Numbered from the stretch's first letter, positions 10,431 through 19,587 are shown. The stretch: 64,000 nt of DNA from Bacteroidales bacterium (GCA_004551865.1 SFPR01000002.1:874-64873), one strand, 5' to 3'. The notes: generated from the letters alone by a model not told the origin. Program-made: numbers and translations.

Positions 10431-11344
10431 ATACCATGTCTTTTTTTTGCCACTCTCAACTTGGCACTTCGAGAGCGTGGGTTTAATTGCATCTCTTCCT
10501 CGCTTGCAACAACAGGCTTTCTTGTCAAGACCTCAAAATCACTTACCACATTACCAAAAAAGTCTTTCTTCACCTCGCCCTCGCAGTTGCCCGTCTTCAT
10601 AAAGTTTTTCACTATCCTGTCTTCCAAAGAGTGGTAACTCATCACCACCAATCTTCCACCCTCTGCAAGCAATCCTGCCGACTGAGACAACATTTTCTTC
10701 AAAGCCTCCAACTCTTGATTGACCTCAATCCTCAAAGCCTGGAACACCTTGGCAAAGAACTTGTTTTCCTTTCCCTTGGGAGCAAGTCTCTGCAAAAGGT
10801 TCTGCAAATCCGAAGTCGAAAAAATCCCCTCGCTCTGCCGACTTGCTATCAGCTTAGATATGTTGTAAGCATTGCCCAATTCTCCATACTCTGAAAAGAC
10901 ACGGCAAAGCTCCTGCTGCGAATAAGAGTTTACAACATCCGATGCTGTCAAGCCATGCCTATAATCCATTCTCAAATCCAAAGCACCATCAAACCTTGTG
11001 CTGAAACCCCTCTCGGGACAATCTATCTGATGAGAAGAAATACCCAAATCGGCAATAATTCCGTCAATCTTTGTTGCTCTGTAAAGCCTCAAACTCTCCG
11101 ACAACTTGTCAAAGTTCTCCTCAATCAGACAAAATCGCTCATCGTCAATAGCATTTGCAACAGCATCGGGGTCTTGGTCAAAGGCAAACAAGCGACCCTC
11201 CGAAGACAACTTTTCCAAAATAGCTCTCGAATGACCGCCACCACCAAAGGTAACATCAACATAAGTGCCGCAAGGCTTAATATCCAAAGCCTCGATACAC
11301 TCTTGCAACATCACAGGTACATGATACTCTTCTTCCAAAACCAT
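10427..11344 (-). CDS. rsmH: 16S rRNA (cytosine1402-N4)-methyltransferase
   Basis: 305 aa starting HVPVMLQECIEAL, with DVTFGGGGHS, DLGISSHQ and SYHSLEDRIVK motifs. Confidence 0.95.
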   Translation of the reverse strand: MVLEEEYHVPVMLQECIEALDIKPCGTYVDVTFGGGGHSRAILEKLSSEGRLFAFDQDPDAVANAIDDERFCLIEENFDKLSESLRLYRATKIDGIIADLGISSHQIDCPERGFSTRFDGALDLRMDYRHGLTASDVVNSYSQQELCRVFSEYGELGNAYNISKLIASRQSEGIFSTSDLQNLLQRLAPKGKENKFFAKVFQALRIEVNQELEALKKMLSQSAGLLAEGGRLVVMSYHSLEDRIVKNFMKTGNCEGEVKKDFFGNVVSDFEVLTRKPVVASEEEMQLNPRSRSAKLRVAKKRHGI

Positions 11345-11346
11345 TC

Positions 11347-11814
11347 TTACAAATCCTCGCTGCCTTTTACAACATTACCCAACAACATCTCTGCCGAAGC
11401 AACATAGTCAAAGTTGTCGTTGTCAATCTCATTGTAAGTTTTGGCATCCCAGATTTCCATGTATTTTCCCGATGCCACAACCACAATATCCTTATCTATA
11501 CTGACAGTAGCACGTTGTTCCACAGGAATGAGTATTCGGTCGTTGGCATCAAGCTCGATTATGTTGGCTTGCGTCAAACGTCTGAATAATCGCTTGGCAT
11601 CAGGATTGTAAGGGTTTAAGTTAGCTTGAAGTCTCTCGACCTCCTTTTGAAAATCAGAATACGTAAAAAGTTCCAAGCAAGAATTGTAGATACTTTTCCT
11701 GACAACAAATCGCACATCGTCAGTCGCAACAATCTGCTTCTTCAAAGCGACAGGCAACTTAAACCTACCGTTTGAATCAACCTTACAGAACTCAACTCCA
11801 ACGACTAACGACAT
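11347..11814 (-). CDS. mraZ: division/cell wall cluster transcriptional repressor MraZ
   Basis: 155 aa with two SpoVT-AbrB-like halves (DSNGRFKLP and NDRILIP). It is the first gene of the dcw cluster. Confidence 0.95.
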   Translation of the reverse strand: MSLVVGVEFCKVDSNGRFKLPVALKKQIVATDDVRFVVRKSIYNSCLELFTYSDFQKEVERLQANLNPYNPDAKRLFRRLTQANIIELDANDRILIPVEQRATVSIDKDIVVVASGKYMEIWDAKTYNEIDNDNFDYVASAEMLLGNVVKGSEDL

Positions 11815-11985
11815 AATATGCTACTTCTTTTCAGCTTGTAAAATTACTACAATTTTCCCAGAAAATACCATCTGTTGAAAACTTTTTACCTTTTTCTCCC
11901 CAAAAATCCCATTTTTCTAACACAATTTTGTACGCAAAAGCCGTGTCAATGTTTCAAAAAGGAGTACAAAATGGCTCGAATTTCC

Positions 11986-11993
11986 TATCTTTG
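11986..11993 (+). promoter_or_regulatory. Bacteroidota -7 box TATCTTTG (TAnnTTTG) upstream of apbE
   Basis: Exact match to the TAnnTTTG consensus, 25 nt upstream of the ATG at 12018. Confidence 0.5.
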
Positions 11994-12017
11994 CACCAAA
12001 TTATACATATTATATAT

Positions 12018-13073
12018 ATGACAAGACTTGCACAAAGATGCCTTTTGCCAATCGTGATTGCCCTTTTGCTATCCGGTTGTGGCGAAAAAGGGAAAAGCGA
12101 ATTGAAAAAATTCACCTTGGACGGCAGAGTTCAGGGAACGTATTACCATATTGTATATTACCACCTCGACGACAAAGAAGCCGCAAGAGCCAAACTGCCA
12201 AACTCAAACGACATAAAACGAGGGATAGACAGCATATTCAAAGCAATCGACGAGACTTTGTCGCTATGGAACCCCAACTCGATTGTCAGCAAGGTCAATG
12301 CCAACGAACAAGTCATGCTCAACGATATTTTTATCGACAACTTCCAATCTGCACAAGAGTTCTCACGGCTGACAGACGGCTGTTTTGACATCACAATCGC
12401 CCCAATAGTAAAAGCACAAGGCTTTGCAAACGAGCAACGTACCAAAACAGACAAGCAACAAATCGACTCTCTTATGCAATATGTGGGATACGACAAAGTC
12501 AAAATAGAGAACAACACAATAAAAAAGCTCTATCCCCAAACCCAACTTGACTTCAACGCCATTGCACAGGGCTATACTTCCGACAAAGTGAGCCAATATC
12601 TCACAAAGAACAACATCTGCTCACACATTGTCGATGTAGGAGGCGAAGTATATGCCTCAAACCGAAAACCCGACGGGCAACAATGGAGAGTGGCAATCGA
12701 ACAGCCGAGCGACACTCCCGATGCACAACGAGAATACAACAGCTTCATAAAGATAGAAAACCAAAGCATAGTAACAAGCGGCAACTATCGCAAATTCTTT
12801 GTCGAAAACGGAATAAAATACACCCACACCATAGACCCCAAAACAGGACAAAACGCCAAACACTCACTACTGAGCGTATCGGTCGTTGCCAAAACTGCAA
12901 CCACAGCCGACGCTCTTGCAACCGCATTCATGGTAATGGGAATGGAAAAAGCCGAAGCGTTTATCGCCAAGCACCCCGAATATCAAGCAATCTTCATCTA
13001 CTGCGACACCGACGGCAAAACAAAAACCAAGGCAACCAAAGGCTTACAAGACCAAATCGAGATACTAAAATAG
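12018..13073 (+). CDS. apbE: FAD:protein FMN transferase (ApbE family lipoprotein)
   Basis: I chose the ATG at 12018; the ORF track start at 11928 is a TTG. This gives the lipoprotein signal MTRLAQRCLLPIVIALLLSGC. ApbE-like motifs are present (AIAQGYTSD, VDVGGEV, SIVTSGNY, HTIDPKTG). Confidence 0.9.
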   Translation: MTRLAQRCLLPIVIALLLSGCGEKGKSELKKFTLDGRVQGTYYHIVYYHLDDKEAARAKLPNSNDIKRGIDSIFKAIDETLSLWNPNSIVSKVNANEQVMLNDIFIDNFQSAQEFSRLTDGCFDITIAPIVKAQGFANEQRTKTDKQQIDSLMQYVGYDKVKIENNTIKKLYPQTQLDFNAIAQGYTSDKVSQYLTKNNICSHIVDVGGEVYASNRKPDGQQWRVAIEQPSDTPDAQREYNSFIKIENQSIVTSGNYRKFFVENGIKYTHTIDPKTGQNAKHSLLSVSVVAKTATTADALATAFMVMGMEKAEAFIAKHPEYQAIFIYCDTDGKTKTKATKGLQDQIEILK

Positions 13074-13077
13074 ACCA

Positions 13078-14487
13078 ATGTTCATTCAACAACTGCAATA
13101 CCACTTTCAATACCCCTTCACCGAAGACCAACAACAACTTGCGGTCAAGCTATATGAATTTTTATTCAATTCGCCACACACAAACATCTTGATAATCGAC
13201 GGATATGCAGGAACAGGAAAAACAGGCATGGTGTCCGCACTTGTAAAGACCCTGCCTGCCTACAATATCAAGACCATACTTCTCGCACCCACCGGAAGAG
13301 CTGCAAAAGTTCTCAGTCGCTATTCGCAAAAGCCCGCCTCAACAATCCACAAACACATCTACTACGCCTCGGCCGACAAAGAAGGAAACATAAACCTCAA
13401 ACTAAAACAAAACAAAAACACCCAAACACTCTACATTGTCGATGAAGCATCAATGATTGGCGAAAGCGAACGGCTTTTCGACACAAACAGCCTTCTGAGC
13501 GACCTTATCACCCACTGCAACAACAAACAAGGAAACAAAATCATCTTTGTGGGCGACACAGCACAGCTCCCTCCGATAGGAAGCCCCTGCTCACCGGCAC
13601 TCGACAAAGACTATCTCAACTCACACTTCAATCAACCCACAGCCTACCACCACCTGAGGCAAGTCGTTCGACAAGCACTTCAATCAGGCATAGTAAAAAA
13701 CGCCTCAAACATACGTTGGTCATTGGCAAACAACCGAATAAAGCTGCCAATCTTCAAAACCGCAAACCAACAAGAAGTCTCCAAGGTAGAAGCCTTCGAC
13801 TTGGAAGACACCCTTCGCAGCGAATACAGACAAAACGGAGTGAACGAAGTGCTGATAATCACACGAACAAACAAACTCGCCAACCAAATAAACCAATACA
13901 TAAGAACACGAATACTCGAAAAAGAAAACCTCATCGACATTGGCGAAACGATAATGTCGGTCAAAAACAACTACCATTGGACCGACCAAGCAGCCCTCTC
14001 GGACTTTATTGCCAACGGAGATATGCTGCAAATCACACGAATATTCTCCTACGAAGACATCTACGACATGAAGTTTGCAGACATAGCCGTCAAGTTTATC
14101 GACTCACCCGAACAACAGGAGATAGAACTCACAATCATCTTAGACACACTCTCCGACAATCAAGCCTCACTGTCCGAAGACAAACAACGCTCCCTCTACA
14201 ATAATCTCTACAACCACTATAGTCAATACTCTTCGGACAAAGCAGTAATAAGACAGATGATAAAACAAGACAAACACTACAACGCCCTGCAAGTCAAGTT
14301 CTCCAACGCCCTCACCTGCCACAAGGCACAAGGAGGCGATTGGCACACAGTCTTCATTCAACAAGGCTATTTCTCACAAGACATGCTCACACCCGACTAC
14401 TTCCGATGGCTCTACACCGCAGTAACACGAGCCAAACAAAAGCTCTACTTGGTGAACTTCTCCGACGACTTCTTCCTTCAAGAGTAA
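13078..14487 (+). CDS. RecD/Pif1-like SF1 DNA helicase (AAA ATPase plus UvrD-like C-terminal domain)
   Basis: 469 aa. Walker A GYAGTGKT, Walker B YIVDEASM, GDTAQLPP, and C-terminal TCHKAQGGDW...YTAVTRAK. The start is 4 nt after the apbE stop. Confidence 0.8.
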   Translation: MFIQQLQYHFQYPFTEDQQQLAVKLYEFLFNSPHTNILIIDGYAGTGKTGMVSALVKTLPAYNIKTILLAPTGRAAKVLSRYSQKPASTIHKHIYYASADKEGNINLKLKQNKNTQTLYIVDEASMIGESERLFDTNSLLSDLITHCNNKQGNKIIFVGDTAQLPPIGSPCSPALDKDYLNSHFNQPTAYHHLRQVVRQALQSGIVKNASNIRWSLANNRIKLPIFKTANQQEVSKVEAFDLEDTLRSEYRQNGVNEVLIITRTNKLANQINQYIRTRILEKENLIDIGETIMSVKNNYHWTDQAALSDFIANGDMLQITRIFSYEDIYDMKFADIAVKFIDSPEQQEIELTIILDTLSDNQASLSEDKQRSLYNNLYNHYSQYSSDKAVIRQMIKQDKHYNALQVKFSNALTCHKAQGGDWHTVFIQQGYFSQDMLTPDYFRWLYTAVTRAKQKLYLVNFSDDFFLQE

Positions 14488-14542
14488 GCACTGCTCACTC
14501 CTGCAAGACTATTTCGACACACAAACCTCCAAACACAAAAAG

Positions 14543-14565
14543 GTCCGAGGCAGGACGCCTCGGAC
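14543..14565 (-). terminator. hairpin GTCCGAGGC-aggac-GCCTCGGAC followed by a T-run on the minus strand
   Basis: 9-bp GC-rich stem about 50 nt downstream of the minus-strand gene ending at 14615. AAAAA at 14537-14541 gives a U-run on the minus transcript. Confidence 0.6.
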
Positions 14566-14580
14566 ACCACAAGAAAAAAG

Positions 14581-14609
14581 AACTTTCTAAAGAAAGTTTA
14601 ATAATTTTC
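14581..14609 (+). terminator. weak AT-rich hairpin AACTTTC-taaa-GAAAGTT followed by TAATAATTTT
   Basis: Seen downstream of the helicase gene. The stem is short and AT-rich, so support is low. Confidence 0.3.
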
Positions 14610-14614
14610 GTCTG

Positions 14615-16348
14615 CTATTCTACAATTATCTTAGTTGAGTTTACACTCTTGCCGTCTTGAACCCTCAAAACGTACGCTCCCGAAGCCACATTGTTCAAGT
14701 CAAACACTCTGTCGCTTGTCTCATATACCTTTTGTCCCAATGCGTTATACACTTCTGTACGAACACTCTTGCCTCCGTAAACTCTGATTGAACGATTGTT
14801 GTTCACAACTCTTATGCTCTCTGCTTCGGCAACATCTGCTATCGAGACATTGTTCTTGGTTATCAAGAGTTTGAAACGGTCTGCGTTTTCGCCCTCTGCA
14901 ATATCGGTAGTATAAACATCGCCTTGGTTCATCACAACTTCCAAAGCTCCGTCAATCAAGGTAAGAGAGTATCCCTCAGGAATGTTGTCGGCAACAATAT
15001 CAACATTGCGGCTTTCAAACGACTTGATATTCATGGTTGCCGTGTAGTTTGTCGAACTTACTTCTTCCTTGCAAAGGTTTATTCCGTTGCAAATCAAATA
15101 AGGCTCTGCCACACTGCCGTCTCCAAACATCTTATTTGCATCAAAAATATCGTATCCGTCAGAAGCATCATCGTTTTGTGCAAACATAACAGGCACTTTG
15201 TAGCCCTCAGTCGAAACAGACACCTTTACAAACTCACGCTCTGCACTCTTGCTCTTGGCAGTTGAAGTTGAGTATTGATCATTGTTGAATTGGATTTGTC
15301 CGTCATTTGATGCCATATTTACAAAGAAGCCTTGTCCCACTTTGATTGTTCCGCTTGTTACATTCTCATCAAAGGTACTTCCGTTGTATTTGTAGACACA
15401 ACCGCCTTGAATAATACCCGAATTGGCATTGAGAAACTTTGTTATATCCAATGGGAACGAGAATGGATTTGCCAAAGCGAACCAACGACCTTTTTCATTG
15501 CTGCCTGCAGTGCTTGAATATGTCATTCTTCTGTTTTCATTTGTAACAACAGAAGAAGCAGTTATTGTATAATCGTTTGCGGGCCAAGCAAATATACCTT
15601 GTCCGCAAGGAAGAGCGTCTTGTTGTCCGCCGTCAATCCAGTGAAGATAGTTCTCCGCCCATTGATTTGTACCATAGTCAAATGCCAAAGCCCAAATCGA
15701 AGGAGCACCATTAGCTGCCAAAGGTGAAATATTCTCAACATGAGGAAAGCCTATGAAGTTCCATTTGTTTGCCGTCAAAGAAATGGAAATGCTTTGCTCT
15801 CCCTGATAACCAATAACCACAGCTCCCGGAACGATAGTTACCGTTCCTCCGGTGATTGTAGCAGTTGTAAAATCAACCACAGCTCCCGCAGCGATATTTA
15901 CCATTCCTTCGTTGATTGTAATAGCTCCCGTTATGCTCGAACCTTGATTGATATTCACAACTCCACCGCCTATGGTAAGATTTCCGTTGATTGCTCCACT
16001 ATTTGTAAGAGTTCCGGAAGTAATCGAAACATTTCCGCTAATTGTTCCACTATTTGTAAGAGTTCCTCCGCTGATTGTAGTACCATTTGTTGTAGTAGTA
16101 GTAAGAGTACCGCCATTAATAGAAAGTGAACCTCTGCTGATAGCAAGACTTGCTGCTTGTCCTGTGCCTGCCAAAGAAACATTGTTTCCATTTACTATTG
16201 AAACAGTAGAAGTTCCATCAGGGACTCCGCCACCTTTCCAAGTATCTCCTGAATTCCAATCCTGAGATTTGTTATCTGTTTGTTGTGCATTAACAATTGT
16301 TCCTATGCACAATAGCAATCCCAAAGCAAAAATACTTAATCTTTTCAT
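14615..16348 (-). CDS. secreted beta-helix repeat protein with a T9SS C-terminal sorting domain
   Basis: Signal peptide MKRLSIFALGLLLCIGTIVNAQ. N-terminal autotransporter-associated-like repeats (GGTLTNSGTISGNVSITSGTLTNSGAINGNLTIGGG). The C-terminal ~80 aa resemble a T9SS CTD (VYNALGQKVY...GAYVLRVQDGKSVNSTKIIVE). Confidence 0.75.
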   Translation of the reverse strand: MKRLSIFALGLLLCIGTIVNAQQTDNKSQDWNSGDTWKGGGVPDGTSTVSIVNGNNVSLAGTGQAASLAISRGSLSINGGTLTTTTTNGTTISGGTLTNSGTISGNVSITSGTLTNSGAINGNLTIGGGVVNINQGSSITGAITINEGMVNIAAGAVVDFTTATITGGTVTIVPGAVVIGYQGEQSISISLTANKWNFIGFPHVENISPLAANGAPSIWALAFDYGTNQWAENYLHWIDGGQQDALPCGQGIFAWPANDYTITASSVVTNENRRMTYSSTAGSNEKGRWFALANPFSFPLDITKFLNANSGIIQGGCVYKYNGSTFDENVTSGTIKVGQGFFVNMASNDGQIQFNNDQYSTSTAKSKSAEREFVKVSVSTEGYKVPVMFAQNDDASDGYDIFDANKMFGDGSVAEPYLICNGINLCKEEVSSTNYTATMNIKSFESRNVDIVADNIPEGYSLTLIDGALEVVMNQGDVYTTDIAEGENADRFKLLITKNNVSIADVAEAESIRVVNNNRSIRVYGGKSVRTEVYNALGQKVYETSDRVFDLNNVASGAYVLRVQDGKSVNSTKIIVE

Positions 16349-16351
16349 CGC

Positions 16352-16576
16352 CTATTCCTCCTTTTTGTTGTTTTGGTAAATCTTTACTCCTGCAAAACTG
16401 CCTGCCAAGCCGAGCAACAAAAGTGTTGCAGGGGCAAGAGGTCCTGTTACACTTGTCGCCTTATTACCCTGTTGTGCGTTAGCTGTTGCACCTTCTCCCG
16501 GTAGAGGCGGCGTTTGTGCATTTGCTGCAAAGGCAAAGCCGAGAGCGAGCATCATCGAACAAATTACTTTTTTCAT
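16352..16576 (-). CDS. 74-aa protein: signal peptide, short linker, and a C-terminal hydrophobic helix with a basic tail (sorting-signal-like)
   Basis: MKKVICSMMLALGFAFAANA|QTPPLPGEG...TGPLAPATLLLLGLAGSFAGVKIYQNNKKEE. The stop is 3 nt before the start of the downstream T9SS gene, and a promoter box lies 75 nt upstream. Confidence 0.5.
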   Translation of the reverse strand: MKKVICSMMLALGFAFAANAQTPPLPGEGATANAQQGNKATSVTGPLAPATLLLLGLAGSFAGVKIYQNNKKEE

Positions 16577-16650
16577 CTTCTTGTTTCTTTATTGATTTAA
16601 CTTCTTTTTTAGTTTTAGTCAAACAGCAAGTGGAGCTGTTTAACAGGCTG

Positions 16651-16658
16651 CAAAAATA
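16651..16658 (-). promoter_or_regulatory. -7 box TATTTTTG (minus strand) upstream of the 74-aa gene and the T9SS gene
   Basis: CAAAAATA on the plus strand is TATTTTTG on the minus strand, 75 nt upstream of the ATG at 16576. Confidence 0.4.
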
Positions 16659-17191
16659 TGACACTTCCAAACAATCTCCAAATCGTTTGATTTCCAAAAG
16701 AATTAATTTAACATTTGAAGTCGTTGTTATTTAACTCAAATTAAATTATGCCTTGGGGGGGTATTAAGAAAGTGCTTAGTAGAGTTATTAACATTTAAGG
16801 GTAATTACAAATTCGGGCTGTTGATAACAAAGGAACTTTCTATTTATTGGTTCATTTTTAACATTTCAAGAGCGATTTTTTGTGCCGATTTTTCGCCATT
16901 TAGACCTCATTTGACGCAAAAAATCATCATTTTGACAGCAAAAATCACCATTTTTGACACCCGCTTTTGCCCTTTTTCTGCAAAAATTGATTGGGCGAAT
17001 AGGAGGTTATAGGTAGTTTATAGGGCTTCTATGGGGTCTATGACCTGATATGTTGGTTCGATAAAAACAGAATAGCAAAAGACATCGACAGAGGCTTTGT
17101 ATTTTCTCTATCAAAGAGATTTTGTGATTGTTGTTTCTTACTTTTTGTTCAACCCTCGGGCTGAAAAATGCAATTTTCATGGCAAAGCACG

Positions 17192-17401
17192 CAACTCTCG
17201 GGCTGAAAGCCCAAAAGCACTTAGCTCGGGGCAGAGCATAAGCGTCGCCCCCGAGTGAAGCGATACCACATTATTTTCGCACTGTAAGGGCAAAAGCGTT
17301 GAATACGGCTGATTTTTGGCAAACCAAACCGCCGTTTTGTCCGACCAAAACGCCATTTCGCAAAAATAGAACGGCGAGTTATTTTGCCAACTCGCCGTTT
17401 T
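17192..17401 (+). repeat. composite intergenic repeat, copy A (GGGCTGAAAGCCC...GCAGAGCATAAGCG... module plus GCCGTTTT hairpin module)
   Basis: Near-identical over about 114 nt (17192-17305) and about 83 nt (17319-17401) to 18446-18558 and 18613-18696, in the same orientation. Confidence 0.85.
17370..17399. terminator. hairpin AACGGCGAGTT-attttgcc-AACTCGCCGTT, T-rich on both sides
   Basis: 11-bp perfect stem about 60 nt downstream of the higA stop (minus strand). The minus-strand tail reads TTCTATTTTTG. Confidence 0.55.
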
Positions 17402-17460
17402 AATCTCTCAAAAATCCAACAAAACCGAACCTTGCTTCAATCTGCCGAACTAATTCCCAA

Positions 17461-17799
17461 TCAGCTGTATTGAGCTTGCAGGCTTGCCGTTCGGGCTTGC
17501 CGTTCTTCGCTCGCTCTTTGTTCAGCAGCTCTCATACAATCGTTGTATTGAGTTTGCAGATTGAGCAAAGTGATTGCAGAAATACCGAGTATGCTTTCAA
17601 TCTTTTCGGCTGTCGGTTTGTTCAGCGGTCGTTTACCCTTTATCAATTCATTCAAATGCGACCTCTGCATACCAATCATGATTGCAAAATCCTTTTGGGA
17701 AATTGCTCTTTCTTCCAATTCGTACCCCAAGATGCAACCCGGATGTGTTGCTTTCCAAGGTGTCATGTTTTCATTTCTTGTTGCCATAGTGGTCTTCAT
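17461..17799 (-). CDS. higA: HigA-family antitoxin (XRE helix-turn-helix)
   Basis: THPGCILGYELEERAISQKDFAIMIGMQRSHLNELIKGKRPLNKPTAEKIESILGI is a typical HigA/VapI HTH. Alternative ATGs at 17787 and 17766; the last removes the overlap with the toxin gene. Confidence 0.85.
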   Translation of the reverse strand: MKTTMATRNENMTPWKATHPGCILGYELEERAISQKDFAIMIGMQRSHLNELIKGKRPLNKPTAEKIESILGISAITLLNLQTQYNDCMRAAEQRASEERQARTASLQAQYS

Positions 17800-18094
17800 T
17801 TAATTCTATCAACGTTATCTCCAATCCGGTCTCGGTTTCTCTGAACAACAACCTTTCGACCCTGCTGTTAAACACCCGAACAGAGCTTAACGATATGTGT
17901 TTCAACTGTTCGTAGTGAAGAAAACTATATTGCCTCAACTGTGAGACGTGTTCCAATGCACACATCAAGTTATATATGTCGGTCAGTTTTTGTACAAATT
18001 TCTTGTCTTTGGCAATCTTCTTATATCTTCCTGCATTCCTGCCGCAGAGAATAAGTTCTCGCAAGTCATCGTCTGCTATCTCTACCTTTATCAC
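17771..18094 (-). CDS. higB: HigB/RelE-superfamily toxin (plasmid maintenance system killer-like)
   Basis: 107 aa with a GTG start. The C-terminal ...LHYEQLKHISLSSVRVFNSRVERLLFRETETGLEITLIELNEDHYG resembles the HigB pattern. The gene lies immediately upstream of higA (toxin-first order typical of higBA). Confidence 0.7.
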   Translation of the reverse strand: MIKVEIADDDLRELILCGRNAGRYKKIAKDKKFVQKLTDIYNLMCALEHVSQLRQYSFLHYEQLKHISLSSVRVFNSRVERLLFRETETGLEITLIELNEDHYGNKK

Positions 18095-18118
18095 GCAAGC
18101 CTGTTAATTTTCTCTCTG

Positions 18119-18126
18119 CAAAGGTA
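18119..18126 (-). promoter_or_regulatory. -7 box TACCTTTG (minus strand) upstream of higB
   Basis: CAAAGGTA on the plus strand, 25 nt upstream of the GTG at 18094. Confidence 0.5.
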
Positions 18127-18192
18127 TGAAAAAAATACCAATCTCGGGAAATAAAACGCAGAAAATATACTCTTTGTTGCACCTTTGCCGAT

Positions 18193-18241
18193 TGATAATC
18201 GGATTATAAAACAATTTTTTTGCTTGATAATCGGATTATCA
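18193..18241. repeat. palindrome array 1: TGATAATCGGATTATA, an A/T tract, then TGATAATCGGATTATCA
   Basis: Two 7-3-7 dyads read directly from the sequence. Same family as the arrays at 27019, 36796, 50769 and 59813. Confidence 0.85.
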
Positions 18242-18445
18242 TAGACTTAGAGTGCATTTAGAGCGGCTCTCATGTTTTTCAAAGCTGAACATTTTGTTCG
18301 CAATCTGAGAGACAACAAACGCTTTTGCCCTTGCAGAGCGAAATGTCTTTGTTTTGCTTACCCTCATGTGCCGCTTCGGGTTTCACGATTGCCGCTTCGG
18401 GTTTGCTTTTATACTTTTTGGGCTTTGCGTTTCTTATTTTTTGCA

Positions 18446-18696
18446 CAACTCTCGGGCTGAAAGTCCAAAAGCAATTAGCTCGGGGCAGAGCGTAAGCGTC
18501 GCCCCGAGTAAAGCGATACCACATTATTTTCGCACTGTAAGAGCAAAAGCGTTGAATATGACCTCGATTTTTGCGGTCTTGTTGCACCTTTGGCGGTTGG
18601 CAATACTGCTTCGCAAAACCAAACCGCCGATTTGTTTGACCAAAACGCCATTTCGCAAAAATAAAACGGCGAGTTGCTTTGCCAACTCGCCGTTTT
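18446..18696 (+). repeat. composite intergenic repeat, copy B
   Basis: Direct repeat of 17192-17401 with about 40 nt of extra internal sequence (18559-18612). Confidence 0.85.
18665..18694. terminator. hairpin AACGGCGAGTT-gctttgcc-AACTCGCCGTT
   Basis: 11-bp stem about 65 nt downstream of the stop of the minus-strand gene 18760..19587. T-rich on both sides. Confidence 0.55.
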
Positions 18697-18759
18697 GTTT
18701 CTCAAAACCAACAAGGCTGAAAATCAGAACTCCAAAAGTGTTTTGACAAACAGAAGATG

Positions 18760-19587
18760 CTATTGAATTACATCGAAGTTGTCGAATGGTTTGTCGTCGG
18801 AAATGAGGTTGCCTTGTCTGCCTATGGAGTAGTACATTGTCGGATTGCCCGAGGTTTTTAGCCATACATATCTGTTCATCAGGAAGTTGAAGAAGTATCT
18901 TCCGCATAGTTCGGCATTGGAGTGTGCCAATAGGTAGGCATCGTTGGGGTTTATCTTCGTGAGGGTGTAGTCTGCATAGTATTGTCCGCCTGTTTTTTCG
19001 ATAAATCCAAAGAAATCGTCCGTTGTTTCGTCATCGGCAAAGAAGATAAGGCAGGTGTTGGTGTCCGAGGTGTTGTATTTGAGCCATGTGTTCCACCTTA
19101 TGCCGCTCAAAAGTTTGGTGTAGCTTATTGTTTGGTTGTTGTCTTTTGCTGCAATGGTGTCATTGACCACAAATTCTTCCAACTCAAACTGTGCAACTTG
19201 GAGTGTGTGTTCGTTGGGTTGAAGGGTTTGTGGGAAGCTGTCTGCCTTGCATTCTCTGACATCAAATCCGAACGAGTTAAGCGTGGAAAGGAACTTGGTC
19301 TTAAAGACAGACAGCAAGATACTGTCGTTTACCTTGTCGCTAACAAGGGTATATTTCTTGGTGAGAAGGTCTTTTGTCTCGGCGTCAAGCTCATCAAATC
19401 CTTCCATCATCGAGAGCGTGGTGTTGGTGTGCAGTATTTCATCTACAAAATCGACATATACCACTTCGGTTTTTGATTTATCTTTCTGGTTTTCAATAAA
19501 CTCTCTTGCAAAGTTCTGACTTTGTACCGCAAGAGGCACAAAGCCCGAAACTAATATGCAAACTGCTGTAAACAAATTTCTTATCAT
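18760..19587 (-). CDS. hypothetical secreted protein
   Basis: 275 aa with signal peptide MIRNLFTAVCILVSGFVPLAVQSQ. No recognisable motifs. Follows parC with a 13-nt gap. Confidence 0.6.
   Translation of the reverse strand: MIRNLFTAVCILVSGFVPLAVQSQNFAREFIENQKDKSKTEVVYVDFVDEILHTNTTLSMMEGFDELDAETKDLLTKKYTLVSDKVNDSILLSVFKTKFLSTLNSFGFDVRECKADSFPQTLQPNEHTLQVAQFELEEFVVNDTIAAKDNNQTISYTKLLSGIRWNTWLKYNTSDTNTCLIFFADDETTDDFFGFIEKTGGQYYADYTLTKINPNDAYLLAHSNAELCGRYFFNFLMNRYVWLKTSGNPTMYYSIGRQGNLISDDKPFDNFDVIQ

Noticed and set aside
11928-12017. N-terminal extensions given in the ORF track for apbE, and likewise for the TPM protein, gltX, tatD, rpsT, the OMP, the serpin-like gene, the MORN protein, the T9SS gene, DUF58, cobB and the DUF2520 gene
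   Set aside because: Many track starts are TTG or GTG. Internal ATGs give canonical N-termini or signal peptides and sit 20-55 nt downstream of a TAnnTTTG box that would otherwise fall inside the ORF.
16990-17050. A short run of TTATAGG/CTATGGG-like motifs (GGTTATAGGTAGTTTATAGGGCTTCTATGGGGTCTATGACC)
   Set aside because: There are only three or four imperfect 7-mers, with no counterpart elsewhere in the window and no adjacent gene to regulate. That is insufficient to call a binding-site cluster.
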